DNA from: Minisyncoccia bacterium
GTDB lineage: Bacteria; Patescibacteriota; Minisyncoccia; Phycocordibacterales; UBA9973
Assembly: GCA_049303835.1 (NCBI GenBank)
Contig: JBAQNN010000001.1
Coordinates: 1,762 to 65,761 of the forward strand
DNA: 64,000 nucleotides
Reading direction: 5' to 3'
Below, piece after piece: positions 28,485 through 38,200 of this stretch (within the stretch, counting starts at the first letter, position 1; the number at the start of each line of letters is the position of its first letter). The translations under genes and the position numbers were made by a program. The notes beneath the pieces are model-generated. The model saw only the letters and a program-made list of their open reading frames with translations. It was not told where the DNA came from and did no database searches.

Positions 28485-29558
28485 TTGCTGCAGATTTTTT
28501 TGTTTCTTGGTATAATATACATAATGCCTAAAATATTAACTACAATTGATCTTTTTGCCGGTATCGGCGGAATCCGTAAAGGATTTGAACGAGCCGGTTT
28601 TGAAACACTCTATGCTTCGGACATAGATAAAGGGTGCAAGGTCACTTATGATGCAAATTATAAAACTACGCCTCTTACTATGGAGAGCATAATTGATATC
28701 GTTCCAAAAACTCTCCCTGATTTTGATGTTTTGCTGTCGGGATTCCCATGCCAATCTTTTTCTATGGCTGGTGGTAAGGCAGGTTTTGCGGACAAGGGAA
28801 GGGGGGATCTCTTTTTTGAAATAATGAAAGTTCTTGAAGTAAAAAAGCCACGTGTGGTATTTCTTGAAAACGTCAAACATCTAGCTAAGCATGATCATGG
28901 CCGTACTTTTATTGTCATAAAAGAGCTTCTTGAGCGTTGTGGTTATTATGTAAAATTTGCAACGATGAACAGTGCTGAATATGGTAATGTTCCGCAAAAT
29001 AGGGACCGTATATATATTGTAGGATTTTTGGATCCAAAGGCTCGTGATGCTTTTGAATTTCCATCTAAAAAAATTCTTAAAAAATCAACTGCTGATTTGT
29101 TGGAAACAGATGTGCTAGAAAAATATTATTATAAAAAAGGCTGGCTATACGATCGCATAAAAGGGCTAGGTATGAAGCAGGGGCTTGTGTATCAATGGCG
29201 TAGGGTTTATTTAAGAGAAAACAAAAGCGGACTCTGTTCTACCTTGACCGCAAATATGGGAATGGGGGGTCATAATGTTCCTTTGATCCGAGACAAAAAA
29301 GGATTGAGGCGACTTACTCCCCGCGAATGTGCTCGTTTACAGGGATTTCCTGATAGTTTTAAATTGCCAGCATCGTTGCCGGATTCTCGTTTATACAAAC
29401 AGATTGGTAATTCTGTAACAATTCCCGTAGTGGAGCGTATCGCTCACAACATTAGCCTTGCGTTAGAGACAGTTGAGAAAACACATAAAGAATACATAAA
29501 TAAAAAATATATTATGAAGCGACACTCTGTAAAACAATTAGCTGAGTTTACTGTTTAA
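28485..29558 (+). CDS. DNA (cytosine-5)-methyltransferase
   Basis: Motif I 'LFAGIGGIRKGF', motif IV 'GFPCQSFSMAG', motif VI 'ENVKHL', motif X 'QIGNSVTIPV'. Confidence 0.9.
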   Translation: MLQIFLFLGIIYIMPKILTTIDLFAGIGGIRKGFERAGFETLYASDIDKGCKVTYDANYKTTPLTMESIIDIVPKTLPDFDVLLSGFPCQSFSMAGGKAGFADKGRGDLFFEIMKVLEVKKPRVVFLENVKHLAKHDHGRTFIVIKELLERCGYYVKFATMNSAEYGNVPQNRDRIYIVGFLDPKARDAFEFPSKKILKKSTADLLETDVLEKYYYKKGWLYDRIKGLGMKQGLVYQWRRVYLRENKSGLCSTLTANMGMGGHNVPLIRDKKGLRRLTPRECARLQGFPDSFKLPASLPDSRLYKQIGNSVTIPVVERIAHNISLALETVEKTHKEYINKKYIMKRHSVKQLAEFTV

Positions 29559-29635
29559 TTTATTAACACATGTCACTTGACAAGTGAGTAGTATGGTATA
29601 AACTATTGTAATAGTATCATGCCCTTGCTAAGGGT

Positions 29636-29869
29636 GTGGTGTATGATAACATGAAAACATTAAAACGCGCTAGATTTGAACGCCTTGCGGTATATCGCAC
29701 GAATGAAGTCCTAAAACGCTTAAAGGTTCTTGGAAATTGTGGTAATCGTAGCGCATATGAATATTCCGAGGAGGAAATAAATAAAATATTTACTGAAATA
29801 GAGCGACACGTTAAAGATGCACGTGCAAAATTTCATTTCCCAAAAGGTCGTAAAGAATTTCATCTATAA
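29636..29869 (+). CDS. small hypothetical protein (77 aa) immediately upstream of the GHKL ATPase gene
   Basis: ORF ends 2 nt before the next start. Basic/helical sequence, possible regulator. Confidence 0.35.
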   Translation: MVYDNMKTLKRARFERLAVYRTNEVLKRLKVLGNCGNRSAYEYSEEEINKIFTEIERHVKDARAKFHFPKGRKEFHL

Positions 29870-29871
29870 AT

Positions 29872-31770
29872 ATGGCCAATACTTCAAACAAAAATGAAAA
29901 CAATAAGATTTTAAGTTGGCATTTCCCAGCTCTTGATCACGCTGACACAGAAGGGTTGAATGATCCACTTCTTGGATACTTTAGTGGTGACTACAATCAA
30001 AATGTTGCAAGAGAAGTAATACAGAATTCTATAGATGCACGAAACGACAGTGAACATCCGGTGTTGGTTAAATTCGAAAAACTAAAGTTGCCCACAGCAG
30101 AAATTCCAGGAATAAAAGAGTTGCAAGAGCGAATAAAAATTTGTTTAGATCAAGCCAAAAGTGAAAAAAATGATAAGGCAGAGAAACATTATCATGAAGC
30201 ATTAGAAGCTACTAAGGCTTCTCATACTGTCATTCTTAGAGCTTCCGACTACAATACTTCTGGCTTGGATGGTAATGATGATGATAAAAAGGGTAAATGG
30301 CATCGCCTTGTGAAAGCAGTTGGAGAAAATCAACTCACAGGTGCTGGTGGCGGATCATATGGAATTGGAAAGGGTGCGCCATTTGTTGCTTCACTTATGA
30401 GGACAGTTTATTACTCAACAAAAAATTCATTAGGAGAAACCATATTCCAAGGAAAAGCACGACTTCTTAGTCATCAATGGGAAAGTAAAGATTATCGTGG
30501 AGTAGGTTCTTTTGGTATTGGTGGTTATAAGTCAGTAAGAGATGTAAATGATATACCGAATTTTTTTATACGAAATGAACAAGGAACAGATATTAATATT
30601 ATTGGATACAGCCCATCATTAGCGTGGAAGGATGAACTTGCAAAATCAGTTTTAGATAATTTTTGGATGGCTATACATGCTGGTGATCTTGAGGTTATTA
30701 TAAAAGAAGGGTTGATTGATATCCACATTGATCGAGCTAGCCTACTTGGTCTTTTAGAAAAATACAGCCGAAATGATGGTCTTATTTATTATCGTACTGT
30801 AATTAATCCAACGCGAACATTTAAAAAACAACTCCCGTTACTTGGTGCTTGCACTTATTATGTGCGTATTGAAGAAAAATTTCCTAGAGAAACAGTGTAT
30901 ATGCGTCGCCCTAAAATGTGTGTAAATAAATGGCGTTTTAATAAAACACTTCATGAACCTCACGCTGGTGTATTTATTTGTGAGGATGTAGAAGGAAGTA
31001 AATTATTACGAAACCTTGAACCACCAGAACATGATGATTGGAAAGCAACACTAGAACCCCTACAAGGTAAAGAAATTTTGGATATTGTAAGGTCGTGGAT
31101 AAAAGATAGTTTGCTTGAATTGGCGGCAGACGAAAGTAATGATTCGGAAGAAGTTCCCGGACTAGAACAGTTTTTGCCGTATGATGAAGATTCTGAAAAT
31201 ACATCTCTAAATAATAAAAATAAAAGTAAACCCACAGGTTCAGCAGAATTGGATGAAGGACCACTTGAAACTGGAGCTGAACGTGAGGAAGAAGTTGATG
31301 AGGTAGAAGACTATGTTAGAAAGCCATCAAGCCAAAGACCTTCAGGTGGTAGTGGACCAGGATTTAGCCATGGTGGTGGCAGTAATGGTGGAAGTGGTGG
31401 TGGTGATAGTATTGGTGGAGACAATGACGACAGGAACGAAAATATTAAACGAATTGATACATCTTCCGTAAAATTTAGAATAATTTACACTGGACAGTCA
31501 AAAAAGGGAAATGCAGAATATTGCCTAGTTGTTCAACCTCTTGCTGATGTAGAAGGGGGCATAGAAATTGTCGCTCTTGGTAATGATTCTACGGTATATC
31601 CAATTCCACTTGCTTATGTTGAACCGTGGGACAAAAGTAATGATTCTTTTCGTGCTGAGGGGTCCTATATAAACGGATTAAATTTTAAAAAAGGAAAAAC
31701 CCAACGCATTAAAATAGGTACAATGTCTAGGTCGAGGTATGCACTAGGAATAGAAAATTATGAAAGCTAA
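29872..31770 (+). CDS. GHKL-superfamily (MORC/MutL/Hsp90-like) ATPase with unknown C-terminal region containing an acidic/Gly-rich low-complexity linker
   Basis: Bergerat N-box 'AREVIQNSIDA' (ExxxNSxDA) near the N-terminus and a G2-box-like 'TGAGGGSYGIGKGAPFVAS'. The 3' end overlaps the next gene by 11 nt. Confidence 0.65.
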   Translation: MANTSNKNENNKILSWHFPALDHADTEGLNDPLLGYFSGDYNQNVAREVIQNSIDARNDSEHPVLVKFEKLKLPTAEIPGIKELQERIKICLDQAKSEKNDKAEKHYHEALEATKASHTVILRASDYNTSGLDGNDDDKKGKWHRLVKAVGENQLTGAGGGSYGIGKGAPFVASLMRTVYYSTKNSLGETIFQGKARLLSHQWESKDYRGVGSFGIGGYKSVRDVNDIPNFFIRNEQGTDINIIGYSPSLAWKDELAKSVLDNFWMAIHAGDLEVIIKEGLIDIHIDRASLLGLLEKYSRNDGLIYYRTVINPTRTFKKQLPLLGACTYYVRIEEKFPRETVYMRRPKMCVNKWRFNKTLHEPHAGVFICEDVEGSKLLRNLEPPEHDDWKATLEPLQGKEILDIVRSWIKDSLLELAADESNDSEEVPGLEQFLPYDEDSENTSLNNKNKSKPTGSAELDEGPLETGAEREEEVDEVEDYVRKPSSQRPSGGSGPGFSHGGGSNGGSGGGDSIGGDNDDRNENIKRIDTSSVKFRIIYTGQSKKGNAEYCLVVQPLADVEGGIEIVALGNDSTVYPIPLAYVEPWDKSNDSFRAEGSYINGLNFKKGKTQRIKIGTMSRSRYALGIENYES

Positions 31771-32590
31771 AAACATATCATATCCATATCCTGTTCTAGG
31801 CAATGACGATGATGTAGAGGGTAAACTCGACGCTTCTTTTAAACACATGCTCAAGCGAGATAATATAATTCTTAAATCTCGTTTTTCACTGAAAAATAAA
31901 ACTCTCGAAAAACTCATAAAAGAAAAAAAAGCTATATATACAGTGGAAGTAGAATGTCCTAGTACTTTTTTTAGAAAACTTTTTTCTACTTTTGAGCCAG
32001 AGGCAGATTTTGTATTACCTTCAACTATAGTACGAGAACATGTTTCGGTAGGATTTTTTATTCGTGCTACCGACAATATACCAAAATATGAAATAGTTGG
32101 TTGTCATTCTGATTATAAGGGATTTAAGTTTGATGTAGGACCTGGAGATGTTTTGGCGCTTGGTGGATTTACGTCTTTTATTGCAGAAAAAGATTTTGAT
32201 CCAATGCAACCCGCTGTTTCGTCTCTTATTGCAATTAAGCAAGGGAATAATGATACAGGACCCATGGAAATAGATTATTCACAAGACAAAATTTTTATTA
32301 AACTTTCTCATAAAGACCATAAAAACTATTCGCAAATAAAAGGACAAGCAACTATTGCCGGGGTTCTGCATTCTTCTATTGTGTTGCCTGTTTTAACTGA
32401 TGCTATTCGTTTAGTTAATGAAAATAATGAAGAAACACAGGATAGACACTGGTTTCGACGTCTTGAGGTGATTTTACGACAGCAGGAACTTTCAGATGAA
32501 GATCCACTTATTAGCTCACAGAAGATTTTGCGTAGTCCAATAGAACGTTGTTTAGCAGGTCTCGTCGAAACAACCGAAGCGGATGAATAA
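31760..32590 (+). CDS. hypothetical protein (276 aa), translationally coupled to the GHKL ATPase
   Basis: Overlapping start/stop with the upstream gene. No motif recognised. Confidence 0.45.
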   Translation: MKAKNISYPYPVLGNDDDVEGKLDASFKHMLKRDNIILKSRFSLKNKTLEKLIKEKKAIYTVEVECPSTFFRKLFSTFEPEADFVLPSTIVREHVSVGFFIRATDNIPKYEIVGCHSDYKGFKFDVGPGDVLALGGFTSFIAEKDFDPMQPAVSSLIAIKQGNNDTGPMEIDYSQDKIFIKLSHKDHKNYSQIKGQATIAGVLHSSIVLPVLTDAIRLVNENNEETQDRHWFRRLEVILRQQELSDEDPLISSQKILRSPIERCLAGLVETTEADE

Positions 32591-32599
32591 AAAACAAAT

Positions 32600-33391
32600 A
32601 TGACTAATCAAAATATTTTCAAACGGATGTATGTAGCAGAACTTCGAGATAAAATACGAAGCGGAGAATCTTTGTGTGATTATTTTAAAAAAGATGTTGA
32701 ATACCCCATAGAGACTTTAATTCAATCTACAATTAAAACAGATCCAGAGAAACTTAAACTAAAATATCGTGGTAAAAACGAATCAGCAAGTAACGATCTA
32801 GAAAACGCCATAGCTTTATATGAAGCATTTCCAGACTTAACTGAAACACAGGCTTCAGACCCTAGACTTTGGACATATCTTACCCACGTTACCCTGCGAG
32901 ATTATGTATTTGCTAGATGGCCGATCGGAGGTAGTTGTGAACAGATAAAAACTGATAGCAAACAGCAAGCTACTACCATTGATTTTATACTAAGTCACTG
33001 GTTTGCTTCTGGTGGCAACGATCGTTTACTCCGTCGTAACGCAGCAGCTCGTTTATGGTGGCCAGTACATCTCACACATGCTCCATGGTTACGTGAACCA
33101 GAATTTTTTGCAGATTTAAAAACAAATGACCCGTATCGTTTCACAAAAATATTACTTTCAATGGAAAGTATTTATGCAGAGGTGCTTGAACGGGGATTAG
33201 GTCGCGACAACCGTATACTCATAACAGTCTTGGAATTTTTTGAAGCAAACAAAAGTATTAAACGAGAGCAAATTCGTAGTTTTATGAAAGAACTAAATCT
33301 TTTTCTTTCTGTTAGAAATCTCTCTTTATTGTCGAGGAAAGAGATGAAGGAAACAATATTTGATATCGGTAACACAACTCTAAAAGAATAA
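32600..33391 (+). CDS. hypothetical protein (263 aa), Trp/Arg-rich
   Basis: 9-nt gap after the previous gene, same operon. 'RLWTYLTHVTLRDYVFARW' conserved-looking block. No motif recognised. Confidence 0.45.
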   Translation: MTNQNIFKRMYVAELRDKIRSGESLCDYFKKDVEYPIETLIQSTIKTDPEKLKLKYRGKNESASNDLENAIALYEAFPDLTETQASDPRLWTYLTHVTLRDYVFARWPIGGSCEQIKTDSKQQATTIDFILSHWFASGGNDRLLRRNAAARLWWPVHLTHAPWLREPEFFADLKTNDPYRFTKILLSMESIYAEVLERGLGRDNRILITVLEFFEANKSIKREQIRSFMKELNLFLSVRNLSLLSRKEMKETIFDIGNTTLKE

Positions 33392-33467
33392 AAATGCGTG
33401 ATAGTATAAATAAAAAAGCAGGTTACCGCTCGACTGCGCGTAACCTGCTCTGATATTTTGTATTCAA

Positions 33468-33701
33468 TTAGGACCAATTACCAACTGAATAATCATAGAT
33501 AGCATCGGTAGCTTCTATCGCTGTCATATTTTCCAATTGAGACAAACGAAGTTCTTGTTCCTCTTCTTGGAAGTTAGCACAGATTATTTCTGTAAGCGTG
33601 TTTCGTTGTCTGTCCGAAATCATTTTTTCCTCACCTAAATACTTAAGAGGCCAATAGTTTCGTGGCAACTCAAAGTCAGCTGTGATTGTTTTTGTAATCA
33701 T
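33468..33701 (-). CDS. conserved small protein (77 aa), copy 1 of element right-end module
   Basis: Homologous to 61773..62012 ('MISDRQRNTLTEII' vs 'MISEGQRRTLTNLI'). Confidence 0.55.
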   Translation of the reverse strand: MITKTITADFELPRNYWPLKYLGEEKMISDRQRNTLTEIICANFQEEEQELRLSQLENMTAIEATDAIYDYSVGNWS

Positions 33702-33715
33702 AATTTTATGTTAAG

Positions 33716-34258
33716 TTAGTAATTTTTCACAAAAGATTGAATTTTTTCAGAGGCCTCATCCTTTGTGAGCAGATTAATTTGCGCCTCCCAATATTTGCGT
33801 TTACTTTCGTCAAAAACATTTGAGCGAATGAGTTCTCGGAGGTAATTTTTTTGACGATCGGAAGCGAGGTCAACTCCAATTGTTTCTTGAGTTAAAACTT
33901 CACCATTATCTTTAAGATAAAGAACGTCTAATGCTTTGACTGATTGAATAATGGAGTCAATAATTGAAGCGTTGAGCGTATAACGAACTGACCTATCTAC
34001 CCACTTATTAATTTTGCTTAAGATATTGCTACCTCTACCAATACCAAGAACTTGCGCTCCTTTCCGGATAGTGCATTTATAAGCAATGACGGGACCAGGT
34101 AGATCTTTAAGTTGAAGTACGGTTTCTTTGTCCTCCTCGATTAATAGTTCAAGGTTTAACTTGCACTCGTTTGCCTTTATGGCTTCTTGAACTGGATCTA
34201 GTTTCTGTTTCGTTTGAAATGGAGATGGAATCTCATTTTTATACATTGTTTTATTCAT
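33716..34258 (-). CDS. conserved hypothetical protein (180 aa), copy 1 of element right-end module
   Basis: Homologous to 62036..62707 ('AYKCTIRKGAQVLGIGRGSNI' vs 'AYRCILKKNGVLCGEGRGSASI'). Confidence 0.55.
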   Translation of the reverse strand: MNKTMYKNEIPSPFQTKQKLDPVQEAIKANECKLNLELLIEEDKETVLQLKDLPGPVIAYKCTIRKGAQVLGIGRGSNILSKINKWVDRSVRYTLNASIIDSIIQSVKALDVLYLKDNGEVLTQETIGVDLASDRQKNYLRELIRSNVFDESKRKYWEAQINLLTKDEASEKIQSFVKNY

Positions 34259-34425
34259 TGTTTTTTAATTTAGTGATAAGAATTTTATTTCGGGAATATT
34301 GGACTTTTATTTTTGTGCCTTCTGGAAACCCGAACTTTTCAAGAAGATGATTAGCAATAACAAGTTTACTAGTCATAGGCCTATTACCTCGATATTGATA
34401 ACTTACTGTCATTAATCGTTCCATC

Positions 34426-34749
34426 TTATTTTTTTGCTAATTCAGTGACTTGTCTATAATGGAATAGATAAACACTCTTGATTCTTTTAACAATTTTAGT
34501 CGGATCCTTTTTGTCACGTGTTTCTAACACAACAAAAGAACGGATAGCATGCTCACCTTTTTTAGGGATCATATTAAATTTCAAAATCCAATTTTTCGCC
34601 GTAAGAGTTGAGCGTAACGGATCGTAGTTACGTAATTCACTTTTGCCCCACCTGCGGCAAATTTCATCCTCAACTATAGATCTCGTTTTGGATGACCCAC
34701 TAAAATTACTTATCTCAGGACCTTCTAATATTTCTTTTATAGATTTCAT
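34426..34749 (-). CDS. conserved hypothetical protein (107 aa), copy 1 of element right-end module
   Basis: Homologous to 62893..63207 ('MKSIKEILEGPEISNFSGSSKTR' vs 'MIQSIKEILAGPKVSNWHGSEKTR'). Confidence 0.55.
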   Translation of the reverse strand: MKSIKEILEGPEISNFSGSSKTRSIVEDEICRRWGKSELRNYDPLRSTLTAKNWILKFNMIPKKGEHAIRSFVVLETRDKKDPTKIVKRIKSVYLFHYRQVTELAKK

Positions 34750-35010
34750 AACCTTAAATAGTTAACTAATAATTCATGACGACCAACATGTTGTGAAGCT
34801 TTTGTTATTAATAATTGCTTCACTTAAATAGTTTTGAATATTTTGTTATTAGGTATTTTAAATAAAGGGTATGGGGGGGTTGTTGATTTGTGGATGTTTA
34901 GGATTGGCTGGATGTAGTGAAACGTACCCGTTTATGTTTTTTGGTGGAATTTTGGATTTCAAAACAAAAGGCTCAAAAAAAATTCTAAAAAAAATTTCAA
35001 CTTTTTGTCA

Positions 35011-35039
35011 TTGCTAAACTTTTTTTTAGGTGTATAGTT
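35011..35039 (+). promoter_or_regulatory. conserved extended -10 promoter (TTGCTA, 16 nt, TG-TATAGT) driving the non-coding RNA candidate
   Basis: Matches the paralogous promoter at 63468-63495 (TTGCTT, 16 nt, TG-TATAAT). Confidence 0.5.
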
Positions 35040-35045
35040 TTGATA

Positions 35046-35200
35046 TAACTTAATAACGAAGAGAGTAGCCTAAACCTTTAGAAATAAAGGCATGGTGAAG
35101 AAAACATTTCACAGTATCAAGCTCCTAGTCAGAGCACTGTGAAATGTCGTATTCCGAAAGGTCTACGGGTCTCGCAAGAGATCGCTGGCTAGGAGCTTTA
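35046..35200 (+). ncRNA. candidate structured non-coding RNA (copy 1), unknown family
   Basis: Conserved 5' block 'AGTAGCCTAAACCTTTAGAAATAAAGGCATGGTGAAG'. Hairpin CATTTCACAGT/ACTGTGAAATG, long-range GCTCCTAGTCAG/CTGGCTAGGAGC, GNRA hairpin TCTC-GCAA-GAGA. No ORF. Its paralogue at 63.5 kb shows compensatory base changes. Confidence 0.5.
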
Positions 35201-35262
35201 TGTTCTCGGTTGGCGAACTTGAAAGCTTGACATTTTATTTAATTATAGTATAATTGATTATT

Positions 35263-38200
35263 ATGAAATTAAAAAAGTTGAGTTCATTTGTCGTAGTTGT
35301 TTTAACCTTTTCCATTGCGCTTGGCAGTTTTAACTCACCTGTCTTTGCATATGAAAAAAGTAGTGTTAATTTACAGCAAGTTAAAACCTTATCTGATAAT
35401 AGTGAAACTATTTTAAATAAATTAGATTCTATATCTAAGCCAACTAGCACCCTTTCACAAGATTTATCTAATAAAAAACAAAATTTATCAGAATCCAAAA
35501 AGAAACTAGGTACAGATTTATTGAGATTGATCGATAGTAATTTCTTATTACCAAATCAAAATCGTACCCAGGTTATATCTGAAATGAAAGGATTAAAACA
35601 GTTTGTTGCAAGTGCTGATTCTGTAAAAACTGTAGACAAAAGAGTAACCAACAAAATACATAATGATTTAGTTTATGTTTATGTAAATCTTCAACCAACA
35701 ACTTCAACTTTCGTAATTGATTCTATTGCATGGAAAGTAACTGATAGAGATGAAAAAAATCATTTAGCAGTTGCTTTAGTCGAGGTTAATAAATTAGAAA
35801 CACTTGCTTCGTTAAAGGGAGTAAAATCAGTTAGTTTAGTTTTGCCACCGGTTACTAGAAGTGGCTCTGTTGTTACAGAAGGAGATTTAATTCATCAAAC
35901 TGATGATGTTCGAAATACTTATTCTCAAGGAGGAGCTGGAATGAAAATTGGAGTTATTTCTGACGGGGTTGATAATCTCGCTTCTGCACAAACTAGTGGT
36001 GATTTGCCACCAGCTGTAACGGTTCTTAGTAATTTTGAGGGAGGTGATGAAGGTACTGCGATGTTAGAGATTATTCACGATATGGTACCAAATGCCAGTC
36101 TTTATTTTCATGATGCTGGTAGTAATGTGATAGCCTTTAACTCCGCTATTGACGCTTTAATTGCGGCAGGTGCCAATGTTATTGTTGATGATGTTGGCTG
36201 GATAACCGAACCATTTTTTGAAGATGGGACAGTAGCTTCGCATGTTGCCTCTGTGTTGGCGGTAAATAATATTGTTTATGTTTCATCTGCTGGGAATAAC
36301 GCCGAAGAACACTATCAAGGAATTTTTAATGACAATGGAAGTGGATGGCATGATTTTAGTGCAGGTTTGAATCAGGTTCTTTTGGTCTCTGTGCCCAACG
36401 GAGGTTCTATAATACCTATTTTGCAGTGGAATGATAGTTTTGGATCGTCTTCAAATGATTACGATTTATATTTAGTCAACCAATCTTCAGGAGCCCTTTT
36501 GGATGCAAGTGAAAGCGTCCAGAACGGTGATGACGACCCTTTTGAAGGAGTTATATATACAAATATAAGCGGAAGCACAATTCCAGTGGGTATTTATGTT
36601 AATAAATTTTCTGGTGTTGCAAAAACCCTAGAATTATTTATAAATCCAAAAGATGGTGCAGTTGTTAGTCCAACCAATATAACGGGCGTAGACTCTATTT
36701 TTGGTCATGCAGCAGTACCAGGAGTAATAACAGTAGGAGCTATTAATGCTAACGATCCTGGTAATGATACGATAGAACCTTTTTCTTCGCAGGGTCCTGT
36801 AACTATAATTGGTCAAGCTCAAAGAGCAAAAACAGACATAACAGGTATTGATTGTGTATCAACTTCTGCAGCAATACCTATTGCAACAGGATTACATCCT
36901 TTTTGTGGCACAAGTGCGGCTGCCCCTGCGGTGGCTGCTATTGTTGCTCAATTATGGGGACAATACCCTACAGCAACGGGTACTCAAATAAAAAATCACA
37001 TATTAAATTCAGCAGTAGAATTAGGTACAGCTGGGACCGATTCTATCTTTGGACACGGACGAGCTGATTCGCTTCTTTCTTTTCAAACTGGTCCGACAAT
37101 TGCTTCATTTAATTTTACAACCCCAGCAGTCACAGGTGTTATTAATGAAAATGCAAAAACAATTTCACTAACTGTACCTTACGGAACTAATATCACTGCC
37201 CTTGTACCAACGATTGCAGTTTCTGCTGGGACTTCAGTTGGTCCACTTTCTGGTGTAGCTCAAGATTTTTCTAGTCCTGTAATTTATACAGCCACTTCTG
37301 TGGATGGTTTAATTAAGTCTTATACAGTAACAGTTACAGTCACTCCTAATCCTGCAAAAGCAATCACTTCTTTTGATTTTACAGCTCCAACCGCAACAGG
37401 AGTTATTGATGAGAGTGCTAAAACGATTTCTTTGACAGTACCTTTTGGAACTAATGTAACTGCACTTGTTCCAACAATAGAAATTACTGGAGCATCAATT
37501 GTTCCTAATACTGGAATAGCTAATAATTTTACAACTCTACAAACTTATACAGTTACTGCTTTGGATAGTTCAACTCAAGCTTATGTAGTAACTGTAGCTT
37601 TTGATACTGATCCAGACATTGCCAAAGTGGCTACTGACAAAGCTGCACTAGTGGATAGTTTAATTCAAGGGGCAAACGCTGATTTATCAAATATAACAAC
37701 AACACTTACAAGTCCATTACCAGCTCTTGGAACTATTAATGGTTCAACAATAACATGGGCATCAAATACTCCTTCTGTTGTTTCAAATGATGGACAAACA
37801 GTAGTGAGACCAGCTTTTGGAAATGCAAATGCCACAGTAATTTTAACCGCAACAATAACTAAAGGTGTTGTAACCGATACAAAAACATTTACACTAACAG
37901 TGCTTGCAGAAACACTAAACCCAGATATTGCATTTGTTGCTTCTGACAAAGCATCTTTAGTAGATGATTCTATTAAAGGAGGAAATTCTGATTTATCAAA
38001 TATTGAAGTAGCTCTTACAGATCCATTACCATCACTTGGAGCTAATGGTTCAACTATCACTTGGTTATCAAGTGATTCAGCTGTTGTTTCAAACAATGGA
38101 CAGACAATCAATAGGCCAGCTTTTGCAGATGGAAATGCAACTATTACTATGACTGCCACTATCACAAAAGGTGTCATTACTGATACGAAAGTATTCACAT

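Larger units (their letters stand above)
22682..35250. mobile_element. integrative element 1: large serine recombinase, prim-pol/AAA replication protein, mini PolX, methyltransferase/GHKL cargo, conserved right-end module and ncRNA
   Basis: Recombinase 3' end overlaps tRNA-Asp. Gene order and homologues are shared with element 2. Boundaries are approximate; right end placed at the end of the conserved non-coding block. Confidence 0.6.

Noticed and set aside
33172-33477. 101-aa minus-strand ORF overlapping the 3' end of 32600..33391
   Set aside because: It is antisense to a well-supported plus-strand gene, has no RBS, and has no paralogue in element 2, unlike its neighbours.
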